Shown here in pieces: positions 1 through 15,539 of a stretch of DNA of 64,000 nucleotides (position 1 is its first letter; each line of letters begins with the position of its first letter). The stretch spans positions 40,480,001-40,544,000 of the forward strand of contig CP068257.2 in NCBI GenBank assembly GCA_009914755.4, written 5' to 3'. The notes beneath the pieces were generated by a model. It searched no databases. It was given only the letters and a program-made list of their open reading frames with translations, and was not told the origin of the DNA. A program made the translations under genes and the position numbers. Source of the DNA: the human T2T-CHM13v2.0 reference genome, Homo sapiens.

Positions 1-366
1 TTGGCGCAGAAAACACCCACTGATTTACTTTACGCTTGGGGTGGGATGTTTTGGCCCCACCTTTTCATGACCACTCAGACTCAGTCCAGCCCAGAGTGAT
101 TTGCTCACGTGAGGCTGCCCGGTGAGCCAGCCGCGAGCCCTGCCTGAACGTGGGCTGCTGCTTGGATGACGATGGCCAGCAGCCGCACAGGGCCTTCTAA
201 GACGAGACTTCCATAGTCTCCCTTGGGATCACTGCCCAAGGCACCCCTCAACCGACGTGGCACAAATCCGTGGCACGAGTCCACAGAGGCCGTGTGTGTG
301 CAGGTAGATGAAGATGACGAGGTAGCTGCGACTGCTGAGTGTGGGTCCTGCTCTCCTTCCCTGTAG

Positions 367-507
367 ATGTCAATGAGTGTTTCTATGAGGAGCTCAATGC
401 CTGCTCTGGAAGGGAACTGTGCGCAAACCTGGAGGGCTCGTACTGGTGCGTCTGTCACCAGGAAGCTCCAGCCACGTCTCCACGGAAGCTGAACCTGGAG
501 TGGGAAG
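367..507 (+). CDS. UMODL1: UMODL1 coding exon, calcium-binding EGF-like domain 1 (…DVNECFYEELNACSGRELCANLEGSYWCVCHQEAPATSPRKLNLEWE); phase 1 in, phase 1 out
   Basis: Polypyrimidine tract plus ctgtag acceptor at 361-366 and GTAATG donor at 508. 141 nt symmetric phase-1 exon. D-x-N-E-C calcium-binding motif and 6-Cys EGF spacing. Frame continues into the next exon. Confidence 0.85.
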
Positions 508-3282
508 GTAATGGCTAGGCTCTCTCAGATGGCATGGGAATGGCTTAATTCCTGTTTGCCCCGGGAATACTCACCAGCAGTGCTTACAGCTGCAGCATTC
601 ACCCCGAGATAACTCTGCCATGAAATATCTTGCTTTTATTATTATTTTCGCATCACTGTGGTATATTGACTTTGGAAACAGAGGACACAATTCTACTTAT
701 AGCATTCTGCTTTTAGTAGTGGTATTTCCATTTACAAAATATAGTGATTCTCAATCACTGAAAATGTCAAATCCTAGAAAACAGCAGTCCCACGTGTGTT
801 GTTAACATTGTTCTCGAACAAGTTGTTGGCCGACGATTCATTTGCTGAACCTGTTTTTCTGAAATAGATGATTCTGATGATTCAGACAGTTCTGATGTTA
901 GTTCTGTTTAGAAGTAATTCCAAGAACAGTTTTTATATTTTGTTTTCATATTGAAAATCAGTTAGATTTGCTTCAGCCCCAAAGAGCTTGTTTATGTAAA
1001 ATTAAATGAGTGCCGGCAGTGAGCTGCCGTTTTTTTCTTCGAAACGGGAAAAGGGTGAAGGCATTTTTTAAAGGCTGGATGGTCTTCAGACCACAGGGAC
1101 TCTTCTTGCCAAGAGGGAATGGCTGGCTAACCGGCACGGAATACACTTAGTTCTTTCAGCCATTATTGATCTCCTAGTGGGCCACCCTCGCATCTTCTTT
1201 GGCTTAGGAAATGTTGATTTAGGTGCTATTCACTGTGCTAGGTGCTGGTAATGGAAGCATGCAGAAGCAGGTCCTAATCTCTGCCTGTCTAGTGGATTGT
1301 GGAAATGGAGACATTTTGGCGCATGAAAGGGCAGGACTGATGTCTGCACTGGAACCACGAGGATAAGCTGGGACCATCCCTAGCATCGCGGGATCAGCCT
1401 GGAGAGCAGAAGAGCGGACTGGGTGTTGGGGGAAGCATGTAGATAAACGTGCCCAGGTCTGTCCCTGTTGGGAGTGGGGAGGGATGTACCAGCCAGGACT
1501 GGCACACGGGATTGGCTCTGCCATCAAGCAGCTTGGAAGAAGAAGTAACTGTGTAATCTGAAATGTAGGAAGGTGCTATAAAGACGATACTCTGAGTGCA
1601 GGAGTCTAGGGTGTGGAAGGTGGTGGAGAAAGGGATTCCGGCAACATTTTAGAGATAGAACCTCTGGAACTTATTGATTAATTCAGTGAAGAAGAGGAAA
1701 AAGGAAAGAAGACGGAATCCAGATGTCTTGACTGAACAGTGGAGTAGAAGGTGTTTCCATTGGAGAGGATGGGGAAGACCCGAGCTGTTGTTATTATTGT
1801 CAATAATAGTTATAGCTGAGATGGAGTGAGTGGCGGTGCCAGGATGCTGATTGAGTTGGACGCGTGGTGCTGGAGCACAGAGGCGGGGCTGGGCTGCATA
1901 CGTGAGTCCAGGGTCACCTCCAGGTGACACTTAAACCATGGTATGGCTGAGAGAAGGGAAGAGGCCTGGGGCCTGTGGCCAGAGAACCCCAACAGTGCCA
2001 GGTCAGTGCAGGAGGAGAGGCTGCAGATGACCTGGGTAAGGCAGGAAAACAGCTGGAAGGGCGTGCGCAGCAAGGTCAGCAGGGAAGGCTCAGCAAGCCC
2101 CAAGCGAGCAAGCGGTAAGCTGGCCGGCAAGCAGGGAGGGTACACGCATGGGTAACAGCAGGGCAGGAAAGTGCCTGTGGGAACTACGGGGATCCGGTGC
2201 AGACTTCAGGAGAGCAGAAGGGAAGCAGCCAGCAGCCCGGGTTAGGAAGACAGCTGGAGGAGAGAAAGAAGCGAGAATAGCCGAGAATCCTGCAGGGAAG
2301 CTTGACTATGAACAGGCTGAGGGAAGGAAAGCCTGATGTGGAGGAGGCTGTGGACTCCCAGGGGGTCTCTCAAAAGACAGGCGAAGCTGATCCCGGCTCT
2401 TTCTATTCCCTGTTCCTTTCCAGGTTTTGACCTTATTGAACGCAGGGTTGAGGGTTTTTTTGTTTTTTTTTTTTAAACCTTATTTAAATCCTGCTACATG
2501 TGTAATTTTATAAGCTGCTTTCTTCAGTTCCTATAATGTGTATAAAGTTTCCAAGAAGAAGCCTGGTTTTCACCATGATAATTATTGGTGGTTGAAAACT
2601 AGTGGCTTTCTAAAGCAATCATATAATATTCTTTCCCCTCACGGGAGCACTTCTGTTGCTTTCAAGAGTCTGGAACTGTAACCTTGTGACAGGGGTTACA
2701 GGGAATCTCTTTATATCCAATTTGAATTCGTTAATCATTTAATTTGCATGTTCTTTTTCCTTAAAAGGGACTCAACATTGAGGACCGTCCCTTTGTTCAC
2801 AATAACACCACAGCTGGCAGTTGCCCGCACTTCACGCGCTCTGGGCTCTGCTCTGAGCACTCTGTGGGTATTGCTTCGTTTAAATTCTTAGACTAACCCC
2901 AAGAGGCAACTACTCTCCTTAAGCTCATTTTTTTTTCAGAAGAGGAAATTGAGGGGGACGAAGGTGATTTTCTTGCATAAGATCCCAAGGCTGGTCCTCT
3001 GAAGACGCACATGAACCAGCTGTGTCCCAAGGCTGTCTTCCCTAGGAGCCCTCTGGCGGGGACCTGCCTGAGAGTGTGATGGGCTCTCCCCCGCCCTCGG
3101 GGGCTGCCTTTTGTCCCAGTGCACTCAGGAAAACCGCCATGCCCTTTCCAACCTTCATGAGTGCTTAGGACCAAGAGTTGGGTAGAGCTCCAGAAGAGTT
3201 GAATTATTTTATTTGGCGTTCTAGAACCCAACTAGGAAAAGGAGTCTAAGGTTCTGGTTTATTTATTTATTTAATTAATTTT

Positions 3283-3578
3283 ATTTTTTGTTTTTTTATA
3301 GAGACAGGGTCTTACTCTGTCACCCAGGCTGGAGTGCAGTGGCGTGATCGCCGGTCACTGCAGCCTCCAGCTCCCAGGCTCCAATCTCAGCCTCTGGAGT
3401 AGCTGGGACCACAGGCATGCACCACCACAGCCATGCGCCACCACAGCTGGCTCATTTTTAAATTTTTTTGTAGAGACGAGGTCTCACTGAGTAGCCCAGG
3501 CTGTTCTCAAGCTCCCAGCCTCAAGAGATCCTTCCTCCTTGGCCTCACAAAGCGCTGGGATTGCAGGCAGGAGACCCC
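3283..3578 (-). mobile_element. Alu SINE (older subfamily, diverged 5' end), antisense
   Basis: T-rich tail complement followed by gagacagggtcttactctgtcacccaggctggagtgcagtggc … cgctgggattgcaggc. Confidence 0.8.
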
Positions 3579-4939
3579 GTGTTCAGCCTAAGGTTCTGAT
3601 TGGCTCTTCTCGTTGTCCTGTGGGCGAGGGGTTGGGGGAGTGGACCAGTTCCCAGAGCCAGCTGTGGATGTGGCGGGCTCCAGGGTCAGATCTTCCCCCC
3701 ATCACCAGGAACGTTCCCCTCCTATCAGAATGAGGCTGTGTGGGGAGAGCGGACTTGCCCTCCACCCACTGGCAGATGAATCCCTGGTGCCCCGCAAAGA
3801 GCAGGCACTCCACAAACGTTTCCTGGATCAATCACGGAAAGAGAGGTTTTCACAGTGGTCATCCCCGGGGTCTCCAGGTATTAAAAATTTCCAGCCCAGC
3901 TCTGCCAGCAAAACACTGAGAACACTCCTGTACCCCGCAGCACGTGGCCTTGAGATCCACTTAGAACTTCGCGCCACGTCCACATCCCACGGCACCCCAC
4001 TAAGCTCTGCAGAGAACTGTCTATAGATTCCTGCTCTGTGGCTTCCAGGGTGAGAATCCTGTCCCTTTCGTGAGCACAGAAGGTTGGAAAACAGGTATTT
4101 TCCAAATAGTTATTTTTACCCTGGTCAGTCATCCGGAAAAATATTAGATTCTATTTACGGTTAGGTTTGTTGGCAGTCACACTCTGCCGTGTTGCTTGGC
4201 ACAGTGAACTGCCAGATTGCGTCAGGATACAGGGCCGCTCGAGCGACCGCCAAACACAAAGAGGGGAGGCTGCGCGGCCCCAGCTTCACTTCTAATAGGG
4301 CAGGACACACTAATCCAGTGTTTCCAGATCAGCAGTTTAGAGTGAATTCCAATTGCATATTGCTAAGGGAAACAGCATCCCCGGCACCTTCCCTGCTGAA
4401 CCAGAGATGAGTCACGGCTGCCCGGGAAGAAACAAGGGCCAGACTGTCAGACGTGGAGAACCCAGGGTGCTTTACCCAGATAGAGGCAAAGTTCTGAACT
4501 TGTGTTCCTAGCTGTGGTTGGGGAGGGCTGTGGAGCAAGGGCTCTGGGGCCTGAAGTTTAGATTATCCGCATTGCCGTGGCCTTGGGTCATACAAACCCA
4601 GAGTCAAGAGCATCATTTTCTAGGGCCACATTTAAGGGGGACACTGAAAAGGGTCCCCATTTAAGGGTAACCAAAGGAGGGTGTCCTGGCTAATGAAAAA
4701 CCAAAAACCAAGTTATAGGGGCCTACCCTGGAAGAGAGGAGTCGGGGGTAGAAGGAAGATTTCCAGTTTTAAAATACCCCAAGGTCTGTCCAACGAAAGA
4801 GAGATTGGCCTTAGCACGTTAGAAGTTGGTTGGTTGGTTTTACAACACAAAGAAAACTCTCCAAGCTGTGCTGTCCAGCCACGGGAACAGCTGCCGTGAA
4901 ATTTCGTAGATATGTAAGTTTCCCGGGTTTCCCTAACAA

Positions 4940-5745
<806 letters not shown>

Positions 5746-8565
5746 ATTATTCAGCCTGCTACTGGTGATAGGAAAGCTTAGTAGTAAGGCAAGTGAACTT
5801 TGCTATTTCCTATTGTTCAGCTTTGCCATTTACTACCTACTTGACCTTTCTAGGCCTCAGTTTTGTCCTCTGTAAAATGGGGATCCTAGAAGAACTTATT
5901 ACCTGGGATTGCTGTAAGGACTAAATAGGATAACATGGCTGGTGCACACAGTACCCAGGAAACATTACCTGTAACCATGTCGCTGATAGCTTGGCTGGTT
6001 TGTGACATGGATGTCATGGGAGGGAGTACTGCAGGGGGCTCACACCAGGGAGTTAATTTATAGCTCCCTGCAAGTTCCTACCGCTGCTATAATGCATGCT
6101 GCGTTAGCTTGGACACTGTGGACCTTAACTCATCATTGTTCCCTCAGTGTTTATGGTGATGCTGGGTGCATAGTAGAAGCTCAATTAAAAAAAATTGAGC
6201 CATAAGAAATTGGTGCCCTTATTGGTCAAACATGGTCAAATATGGACAATTCCAAATGCTTCAAGGTAACACACTGGAGAAAGGGCCACACAGATATTGG
6301 ATGGGAACATTGTCCTCAGGGATAATGCATTTCTTTGGATTAGATGAGATTCTTTTACCCCAAATGCTTGCAATCTCTCTTAGTTGCAAAAGTCACTGAC
6401 GGCAGCTTCTGCAGATGCCTCGGAGGGCTTCACAGCATTTGAAATGCCAGGTTTGCAGGTCCCCCATCCAGTGATCCAAAAACCCCCTGGCATCTTAATT
6501 TAAAGAGTAAATATACTTATTAAAAGAGGTAAAGCATGCATTGCCAGCCCCGTACCCTTTGAGACTTCTTTCCAAACACCATTCCTCTGCGTTCTTTTCA
6601 AATAAGTACGGGTGCCCTTTTAATTTTAACTCTGCTCCGTTCAGAAGCACTCCTTATAGAATGCGTTTTTAAATGGCCTGTAATCTGGGTGGGCCATCTG
6701 TTGTCCCACCCATGTGCTCTCTCGCTCTGCGTCAAGTTTGATATCTGAATGGCAACAAGGAGGCAAGGTTGGAGCCCTGGGTGTGGGCTGGGGGGCTGCT
6801 GTTATAGCTGCTGCGCCTGCTCGTGGCCGCCCCACTTTCCTGTTTGCAGGGCGTTTTGCTGTCACACCATCCTCCACCAACGTGGATTAAAAAAATGCTT
6901 GGGGCTGTGTCCTGACTGTACAAAAATAGAACAGTCAGTGCTTTTAGCAGACTTTTTGGAAAAGAAATTGTAGCCCGCCCTTCCTTTTTCAGTGAGACAT
7001 ATGTTCCCAAGGAACAGACTTTAAGAAGCCGGGTGGTTGTTAGAAGGCCAGGCAGTGAGTGGGGGGTCTTTTTGATTCCAGGGTTCTGGTGACCCTGGAG
7101 ACGGGGGTGCCACCCACAATCTCAGGTCCCAAGCTTTGGGCCACCCTCAGTTGAAGCATTTCTGCTTTTCTTGCCACTAAAGAAAATATCATAAAGAATG
7201 AATCCATGTCTGTTTCCCTGACCAGTATGCCGAAAATCACTGGACAATCCTGTAAAAAGTATAGATGTGTCTTTTAAAAAACTACATTCTACCCCACATC
7301 CTAGAAGTGTTATTAGGACACATCAGAATTTGGATGGATGTCACTGATCCTGTCTGAGTGAAGCCTGTCCAGATTCCAGTAACAGATGCTCATCTGCTGG
7401 GAGGTGGAGCGGCAGGTTCTCAGTGAGGGAGCTCACCTACACAGGGACCAAGATTCAAAGGAGGCAGCTCAGTCTCAGGTTGGAAGGAGGAGACAGCAGG
7501 GCTATGTCGCGTGGTGGTGACTGGGCACTAAATTGGATTCTGAGCCTCTCAGCAGCCAAGGCGCAAAGGGAAATGAGTTGGACAGTGTTGGGTTTTTTTT
7601 GTTTTTGTTTTTGTTATTGAGAGAAAGCAGGCACATATGTCTAAAAGCAGAATTCTTTTCATGATACTAGAAAGCATATATCCTACCAGTCCTTACAGAA
7701 AAGGCTTTGGGAAGCCACACATTATAAAATTATTATTTTCTTTACCATGGTTTTGCAAAATATATTTTTAAAAGTTCTTTGTTGCTTATTTTTATAGAGC
7801 TTAAATTCTGATGTGAAAATTTTGGTGCGTAGACTGGGGGCCGTCTACTTTTTATATAATTCTTACTGCCCAGACACTTGCTGTACAGCCAGAATGTTTT
7901 TAACCAAAAAAGAGCTTCGATGCTATTTGAGCACTAGAATATATATAGGTTGGTACATCAGAGCTTTGCTCTCTGAGGCATGGATTTCAATAGGAAAGCA
8001 TAAAAAGGGCAATAAAGGAAGCTCAGCCTGATTTCTGAGTCCGGCTTCCTGATGAGGCCATTGTTTATGGAGTGATGAGTCAGCCCAGTGCAGAAGTTCT
8101 CGTGCAAATGATCAAGTGCTTGTCATGAATCAGAGCAGCCCAGGGCCTCAGGAGAGGCTGGCAAGGCAGTATTTGTAGATGTGGCACAGAAACCTTACAC
8201 TGTCGTGGCCATTGCTACAAATGTTTTCTGTACGATGACTGTATACGGGTCCCCAGAGAGACTGTTCTGACTTTCTAGTAACCACCGATTCCGGATCCCA
8301 GAGAGCCCCACGACTCAATGCTGTTCACTGTGTAGACAGAGGCACACTTGGATGACTCCCACCCTCTAACTTGGCTCAGTGATAGAGAGGCTGGGATTTC
8401 AACTTCAGACCTCTTGCTTCTCCATTTCATCTCAAATATCCCCATCACCTAATGCAATCCTGAGCTACCTTCCAAAATTACTCAGAAGCCTAGAGAGAGA
8501 GAAGATTGATACCTCTGTTTTGAATGAATGGGTTGCATTTATTATTGGAAAAAAAAACAGTGAGT

Positions 8566-8887
<322 letters not shown>

Positions 8888-9005
8888 TCAACTTGATCAA
8901 TAAATCAGTGAGAACCAAGTTGAGATGAGGCTCTGTTACCTGCTTCAGAAGAGAAAGCCGCCCTCACTGACCCTTTGCTCATCTTCTCTGTCTGTGCTTT
9001 CGTAG

Positions 9006-9260
9006 ATTGTCCTCCAGTCAGTGACTACGTGGTCCTCAACGTCACCAGTGACAGTTTTCAAGTATCCTGGCGTTTAAATTCTACACAGAACCACACTTTC
9101 CATGTCCGGGTTTACCGGGGTATGGAGTTGCTCAGGAGCGCCAGGACACAGAGCCAGGCACTGGCAGTGGCTGGGCTGGAGGCTGGAGTGCTGTACAGGG
9201 TGAAGACCAGCTACCAGGGGTGCGGGGCCGACGTCTCCACCACGCTGACCATCAAAACCA
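9006..9260 (+). CDS. UMODL1: UMODL1 coding exon, fibronectin type III domain 1 (DCPPVSDYVVLNVTSDSFQVSWRLNSTQNHTFHVRVYRGMELLRSARTQSQALAVAGLEAGVLYRVKTSYQGCGADVSTTLTIKT); phase 1/1
   Basis: Acceptor tttcgtag|ATTGTCC and donor ACCA|gtaagg. 255 nt. In frame with ORF-track entry 8975..9376. FN3 hallmarks present (W in strand B, Y-x-V, T-L-T-I-K-T end). Confidence 0.9.
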
Positions 9261-9767
9261 GTAAGGCCCCCAGTCAGAGACCCACGTTAGCTTGCGAGCT
9301 TGTCTTTCTATCCCAGGTCTGTGGCCCTAGCATGTCGCGTTCTTCTTCCTATAACCAGGGCACCAGAAGTCACTGACCGCCCTGCACTTCCTCCCTCCCC
9401 TCCCAGTCATCCCACTGCCTGCCCGGCATTGCACCGGCCCGCTGGTGCCTTCACTGGCTCCCTCGCTTCCCTACATGTCGTCCTGTTAGGGGTTCGTTCT
9501 GCCGTGTGAGGGGACAACATGTGGACTCAGAAGCACCAATAAGGCATCAGCTAGGGTGAAGCAAAGGAACAAAATAATAATAATAAAGCAGAAGGCGGCA
9601 GCTCCTGGCAGGCAGATCCGGACCCTGCCCGCTTACCCAGCAGCACTGAGGCCGTCTAAGTTCCCTCCCCGAGAGGGGAGCATCGCTGACGTTTTCACGC
9701 CTTGCTTCACTCATGATGCATGTAAAGCGAATGCCATGCCCACCACATTGGTGCTGGGACAAAACGT

Positions 9768-10006
9768 TTTTTCTTTTTGAGACAGGGTCTCGCTCTGTCA
9801 CCCAGGCTGGAGTGTAGTGGTATGATCACAGCTCGCTGCGGCCTCGACCCCCTGGACTCAAGTGATCCTGCCACCTCAGCCTCCCTAGTAGCTGGGACCA
9901 CAGGCACACACCACCACACCAGGCTAAATTTTTTATTTTTCATAAGGATGGAGTCTTGCCATGTTGCTCAGGCTGGTGTCAAACTCCTGGGCTCAAGTGA
10001 TCTCAG
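9768..10006 (-). mobile_element. Alu SINE, antisense, truncated (right monomer plus part of left)
   Basis: tttttgagacagggtctcgctctgtcacccaggctggagtgtagtgg … gctcaggctggtgtcaaactcctgggctcaagtgatc. Confidence 0.75.
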
Positions 10007-10785
10007 GAGGCAACTTTTGTCTCCAAAACACACACGACACACACATGAACTTGGGGCTTGTGTCAGGAAGGCAGCCGGTGTGGCCCATCTGGGTCTGTCC
10101 CGGGCAGCCCACTTGGCTCTGCCCGTGTCTTGCTCCCCACTTGCCTGGTGCCCGTGGTGCCTAGACTTGGTCAGATGAGGCCTGGCTGGTGGAAGTTCTC
10201 CCCCAGGCTGGCATCTGTGGCTGTGGGGTGTGAATGTGGGGTTGCTGGGGCTCCATTCTGGTTCTGGGTTCCGATGTGTGTCCCTGACGTAGAGCCAGTG
10301 GGAGCCCTGGGCTGTGGGCTTTGGGCTTCATGTCTCAGCAGAGCGTACAGAGCATACAAGTTGCTGCATGAAGACCATACTGGGGCCTTTCTCACTCACA
10401 GGGGTTAATGCTAGTGACAGTGAGTGGTGGTGGAGAATGAATGGCGGAATGAGCGACCTTCTGTGGCTCGGCCCTACACCCTTTTCAAACTGATTTGGGG
10501 CGGACCTCAAGCTAAGTCCTCATAGCAGCCAGCACGGGCATCCAGAAAGCCCTCAAGCACCCCGGCCACCCTCGACACAAGCCCTCCACTGTGCACGCGG
10601 CATCCCATTCCAAGCTGACTCCACCTCATCTTCTCATTTCATTTCCAAAGTACACCAGGACTGAGGGGAGGGACACTCTTTTCCCTTTTTGGAAACTGAG
10701 GCCTGAGAGGCAGTTCCATTACAGAACCATCCTCCAGGGTACAAAATTGATCTCTATTGGGAAATGCAATAGGAACTTGCAGCTC

Positions 10786-11045
10786 CCTCCCCACCCCAGC
10801 AACCCCGTGCCCTCCTCACCCTCCCCACCCCAGCAACCCCATGCCCTCCTCACCCTCCCCACCCCACCAACCCTGTGCCCTCCTCACCCTCCCCACCCCA
10901 GCAACCCCGTGCCCTCCTCACCCTCCCCACCCCACCAACCCCGTGCCCTCCTCACCCTCCCCACCCCACCAACCCCGTGCCCTCCTCACCCTCCCCACCC
11001 ACCAACCCCATGCCCTCACCCTCCCTACCCACCAACCCCGTGCCT
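10786..11045. repeat. 34-bp C-rich minisatellite x ~7.5 (…CACCCCAGCAACCCCGTGCCCTCCTCACCCTCCC…)
   Basis: Period 34 between successive (G/A)TGCCC occurrences at 10808, 10842, 10876, 10910 and 10944. This explains the proline-rich spurious ORFs at 10591..11189. Confidence 0.85.
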
Positions 11046-12245
11046 TCAGGAAAAAAAATACCTGCATTCCAATGTCAGGCACAGATAATTTGGAAGACTC
11101 TAGAAGACTCTAGAATTACCAACCTATTCCACTTCCCAGCCTTGATTTTCTTTCCTTTTCCAGATTATAAAAATGCCCTTTTTTTGTAGAGCCCTTTTTT
11201 AAGGAGCCCAATTTGCTTTAAAGGCCTTGTCTAATTCCACCTTGTCATGAGCCTGTGACACCGGGAGGCAGCAGGGCAGGTGTTACGGTGGCAGCGGATG
11301 CCCAGAGCCTCCAGGGAGTCCAATTCCCAGGGCCCTGGAGGAGGCCGCCAGTCCACGGGGCTCTGCGATACGTCGGGGCCTGAGAATCGGAGGCCACATG
11401 GAGTGCTCCTCCCTCTTGCTAAGATGGGAGATTCACAGGGGCCCCAACTGGGAAATATACAATATATAACATTGGTGGCATTTCTGTGGCCTTAAGTGTG
11501 GCGTGCATAGGTGACACACTCTGATGGCCCGTAGCTTGCCAGCTGGGAGAGAGCCAGGGTGGGGCACAGCTGCAGGTGGCTGTTAGATAACTAGAGAAAC
11601 ATGCAGAATTGCCGCCGACCTGCTCCTGTGCCCGCCGACGCTTGGGTTGTGCATGCTGGGTTTCCTTTCAGTAATGAAAGATGAATATTCCCGTGTCCCA
11701 TCTTGAAGCTTTTTTCCATCTTTGCTTATGCCCCAAAATAACGCAACCTCCCTTGTAAGTAAGCAACCCTACCATTTTGACTGGCAGAGTACGTTCTTGA
11801 GAAGTTGGACTTTCAGAGCTAAATTCTGGAACCTCCCGGGCAGGTTGGAACCCATTGGTCACCCTGATGTTGGGGGCCTGAGTAAGGGCCTCGTCGTGTG
11901 AGTACCTCCTGGGCCCTGTGGTTGTGAATAGGGCAAAGGAAGGCAGCAGCCACCCCACGGGAAAGGACCCTCCATGCTCTGGTTGAATCCCAGTTCCCGT
12001 GGGTATGGGCTGTGTGTGACGTTTGTACCTCCTTCCTGGGATGTCTCTGCCCTGGACATAAAAGTGTTTGTTTATTCTCTCGTTTCTTACATTTATTTCC
12101 CCCAATTAGGATACCTCAATCTAAGATTCATGCCTCAATCTATTAAAAAAAATTATCCCGCCAAAGAGTAGGCTTCATGGAAAACATTAACAGACAAGTG
12201 TGTGACTTTTGACCACAGGCTAATTTGTTTCACTGTCTGTCTCAG

Positions 12246-12358
12246 ATGCCCAGGTATTTGAAGTCACAATAAAGATTGTAAACCACAACCTGACGGAGAA
12301 GTTACTCAACCGCAGCAGTGTGGAGTACCAGGACTTTTCTAGACAACTGCTTCACGAG
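12246..12358 (+). CDS. UMODL1: UMODL1 coding exon, SEA domain 1 N-terminal part (NAQVFEVTIKIVNHNLTEKLLNRSSVEYQDFSRQLLHE); phase 1 in, phase 0 out
   Basis: Acceptor ctgtctcag|ATGCCC and donor GAG|gtaaag. 113 nt. The split codon A|AT completes ...IKT-N. Same length and phase as the paralogous exon 25953..26065. Confidence 0.85.
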
Positions 12359-13947
12359 GTAAAGCCACAATGCAGACAGAAATCTTTTCTTGGGTGTTCT
12401 GAGTGAGGACATCAAACACAAGCCGTTAATTCCTGCCCAGCTCTTCCTCTGGGATTGTGGCAAAAATACATGTTACTGCAGCTTCAGGGGAGGCCAAACC
12501 CAAATCGCACAGTGATTAGTCAAAAGCTTTCCCCCTGCTTTTATGGGGTACTTAATCCAGATACTGGGCCAATCCATCTTTAAGATATGTGCCTTTATTC
12601 AAATGGTGTACACCACTTACTCCTACTGTTGGATTTTCTGTGGAACCTTCTGTCTGAGGGCCCTGGCTTCCAGCTATGGGGTAGCTTCATTAGTGAAGCA
12701 TTTACCAACAATCATGGCATCCATTCCTCCCTCGTGACTAAAGGGAGACATCAGCAGACAGCCAGGGAGAAGCAAGCCAGTGGGAAGCACCATCTATCCA
12801 CAGATGGTGCATTGGAGGGAGAAGTGACTTCCTAAACTGCCAAGAATCACATAAAGTCTGAGGTTTTACCCTCCCTGCAAACTAACAAGTGAGTCTGCCA
12901 CAGTTTCATGGATGCTGGCAGAAGACACGAGACTCCTGGGCCAGAGACGGAAGACTGTATTACTCCAGCACAGCAGGCAGCATGCGTGTGCTGCTGTGCC
13001 GGTTCCCCTTCCTGCACCCGAGTCCCGCAGAGGTGATGCAGAGGGGACCAGGGGCATGAAGCACACAAAGTGGGTCTGCACCTGAGCTGAGGAACCCCAA
13101 CTCTAGGGAACCTGAATCTTTTATAATGGGTGCAAGCACTGGCTCCAGAAGGAGACATTATCTGTTACATCAGACAGTAACAAACCTGCCCTTTGCTCTG
13201 GAGGGAGCCAATATCTCTCCCTCCCAAGGCTGTTCACTATGCAAACATCCTTGGAAAGATATTCTGGAACAAAAGGGCAGTTAGTGCGTCTACTTGCAAG
13301 ATGTGTAGAAATGCCAGAGACCCACAGAGTGTTGCTTCCCAACATTTGCCTGGAGGAGGAATCTGGTTTTCAATGTTTTCAGAGAATTCCCTCCCTTTTG
13401 AAATGTTAACTCACTTGTGTGTGCAAGTATGGGTTGGCACAAAGGCAGGGAACCAGGCTGGTATCTCCCTTGCTTGGGCATGGGTAGCCCTAAGCACCTG
13501 GCTCTGTGTGCGTGTTTTGTGTGGGATACAGCCTAGTAAGAGGGGGGACAGCTCCAAATAGCCATAGGCATTGTTCCTTGGTGGGGCCTCTCCATCTATC
13601 AATCAATCAGTCTTTCTCACACGCTCACACAAATGACCTTCGCACCAGTTTTCAGGACACTCAGAGGGGATTGTCCATCTGATGCTCCACAACTGGGAGC
13701 TTGATTGCAGTGGTCACTGTGAGTCCCCAGCACACACCAGGCCAGGCCCGGCCGTCCCAGGGAAAGCCCAGCTAAGGTGCTGTGAACGGACTTCTCTGCG
13801 TGCTCTGAGAGGTCGGTCGTCAGGTGCCTCCTCTTGATTGTAGAGGAGAGAAATGGCTCCAAGCACCATCCATCGGTCACACCTGGAACCCTGCTTAATG
13901 GTCGTGAAGACGTTGATGGATGTCTGCTGTTGCCTCTTCTTGGCTAG

Positions 13948-14167
13948 GTCGAGAGCTCCTTCCCACCAGTGGTGTCTGACTTGTACCGAAGTGGGAAGCT
14001 GAGAATGCAGATCGTGTCTCTCCAGGCGGGAAGTGTGGTCGTGAGGCTCAAGCTCACCGTGCAGGACCCCGGGTTTCCCATGGGCATCTCCACGCTGGCC
14101 CCCATACTCCAGCCCCTGTTGGCAAGCACAGTGTTCCAGATTGACCGGCAGGGGACACGCGTGCAAG
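13948..14167 (+). CDS. UMODL1: UMODL1 coding exon, SEA domain 1 C-terminal part (VESSFPPVVSDLYRSGKLRMQIVSLQAGSVVVRLKLTVQDPGFPMGISTLAPILQPLLASTVFQIDRQGTRVQ); phase 0 in, phase 1 out
   Basis: Acceptor ttcttggctag|GTCGAG and donor CAAG|gtatgg. In frame with ORF-track 13969..14238. Paralogous to exon 29191..29404. Confidence 0.88.
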
Positions 14168-14490
14168 GTATGGCCCAGCCACCCGCCCTGCTGCCTGGTG
14201 TCCTCCAGCTCAGAAATCCTCTTGGTGACTTTATTTGAGTCAGTCTTTCCTTTATTTCAAAGGGTAAAGAAATGCAAATCCTTATTCTATCTTCCTCCAC
14301 CGGAACCAGGGGCCAGGGCAGTAGCCCTGAATAACTAGCTCACCTGTGTCTCATTGGTCAGCCCAGGACACTGAGTGAAATGGGGCTGGAAGGTACCCTC
14401 AGGGGAAAGGGACAGGAGTTCACTGTGTCTGTCGTCAGGGCCCCCCAGCACTTCTGGGCAGCGGGACAACTGCCCACCTGTGGGTCTATT

Positions 14491-14884
<394 letters not shown>

Positions 14885-15539
14885 TGAAGCAGGAGGTCAT
14901 GGACACAGGACAGACACAAAGAGACAGAGAGATAAAGAGAGAGACAGAAAGGCACGGAGACCAGGTTCTTGCTGTCCTGCAGCAGGCACGGAGTTCTCTC
15001 CTGGCTGTGAGGGCACACACAGTCTCTAGATCCACAAGCTCCAGTTTTGGGCTCAATCTGTGGAGTGGGCACCTCTCTGGTCGTCTCCCGGGGTGCTGGG
15101 TCTTGGAGCTCAGCCACGTGCTGGCTTCCTGTCCCAACCTTCCCCCACCAGGAGGTGCCGGGAAGAACTGGGTTGGGTGTGGGGGGATCTACTCTTTGAA
15201 GTCATGCCTGGAAACCTCGGCCTGGGGTTACTCTGTTCACTTGGCACTCCCTAAGGATGGGGATACTACAGTGGCCCCTGTACCTGGTAAGATCCCACCT
15301 AGCTGGGCTGCAGGGTAGGGCCTGAGGTTGGGGTCCACAGGGTATGCCCCCAGCAGGGTCCTCAGTGTGTGACCCCGTGATCCAACCTTCAGGCGGATCC
15401 AGCCTTCAGGTGGATGCCACCCAGCCCGCCCTCCACACCTCCCTGCCTCCCTCCTCCCATCCTCTGGGACTAGGGCTCAGGCGATTCCAGATCCCTGCCA
15501 AATGAGAACCTCGGCAGCAGGGATGTCGTGGGTAGAATG

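Noticed and set aside
1-366. Possible additional UMODL1 exon upstream of the first EGF exon (minus-strand ORF 105..458 in the track)
   Set aside because: No frame in 1..366 gives a domain-like peptide with matching splice sites. The 105..458 ORF is antisense and merely overlaps the EGF exon. The true upstream exons (signal, EMI, WAP) are expected outside the window.
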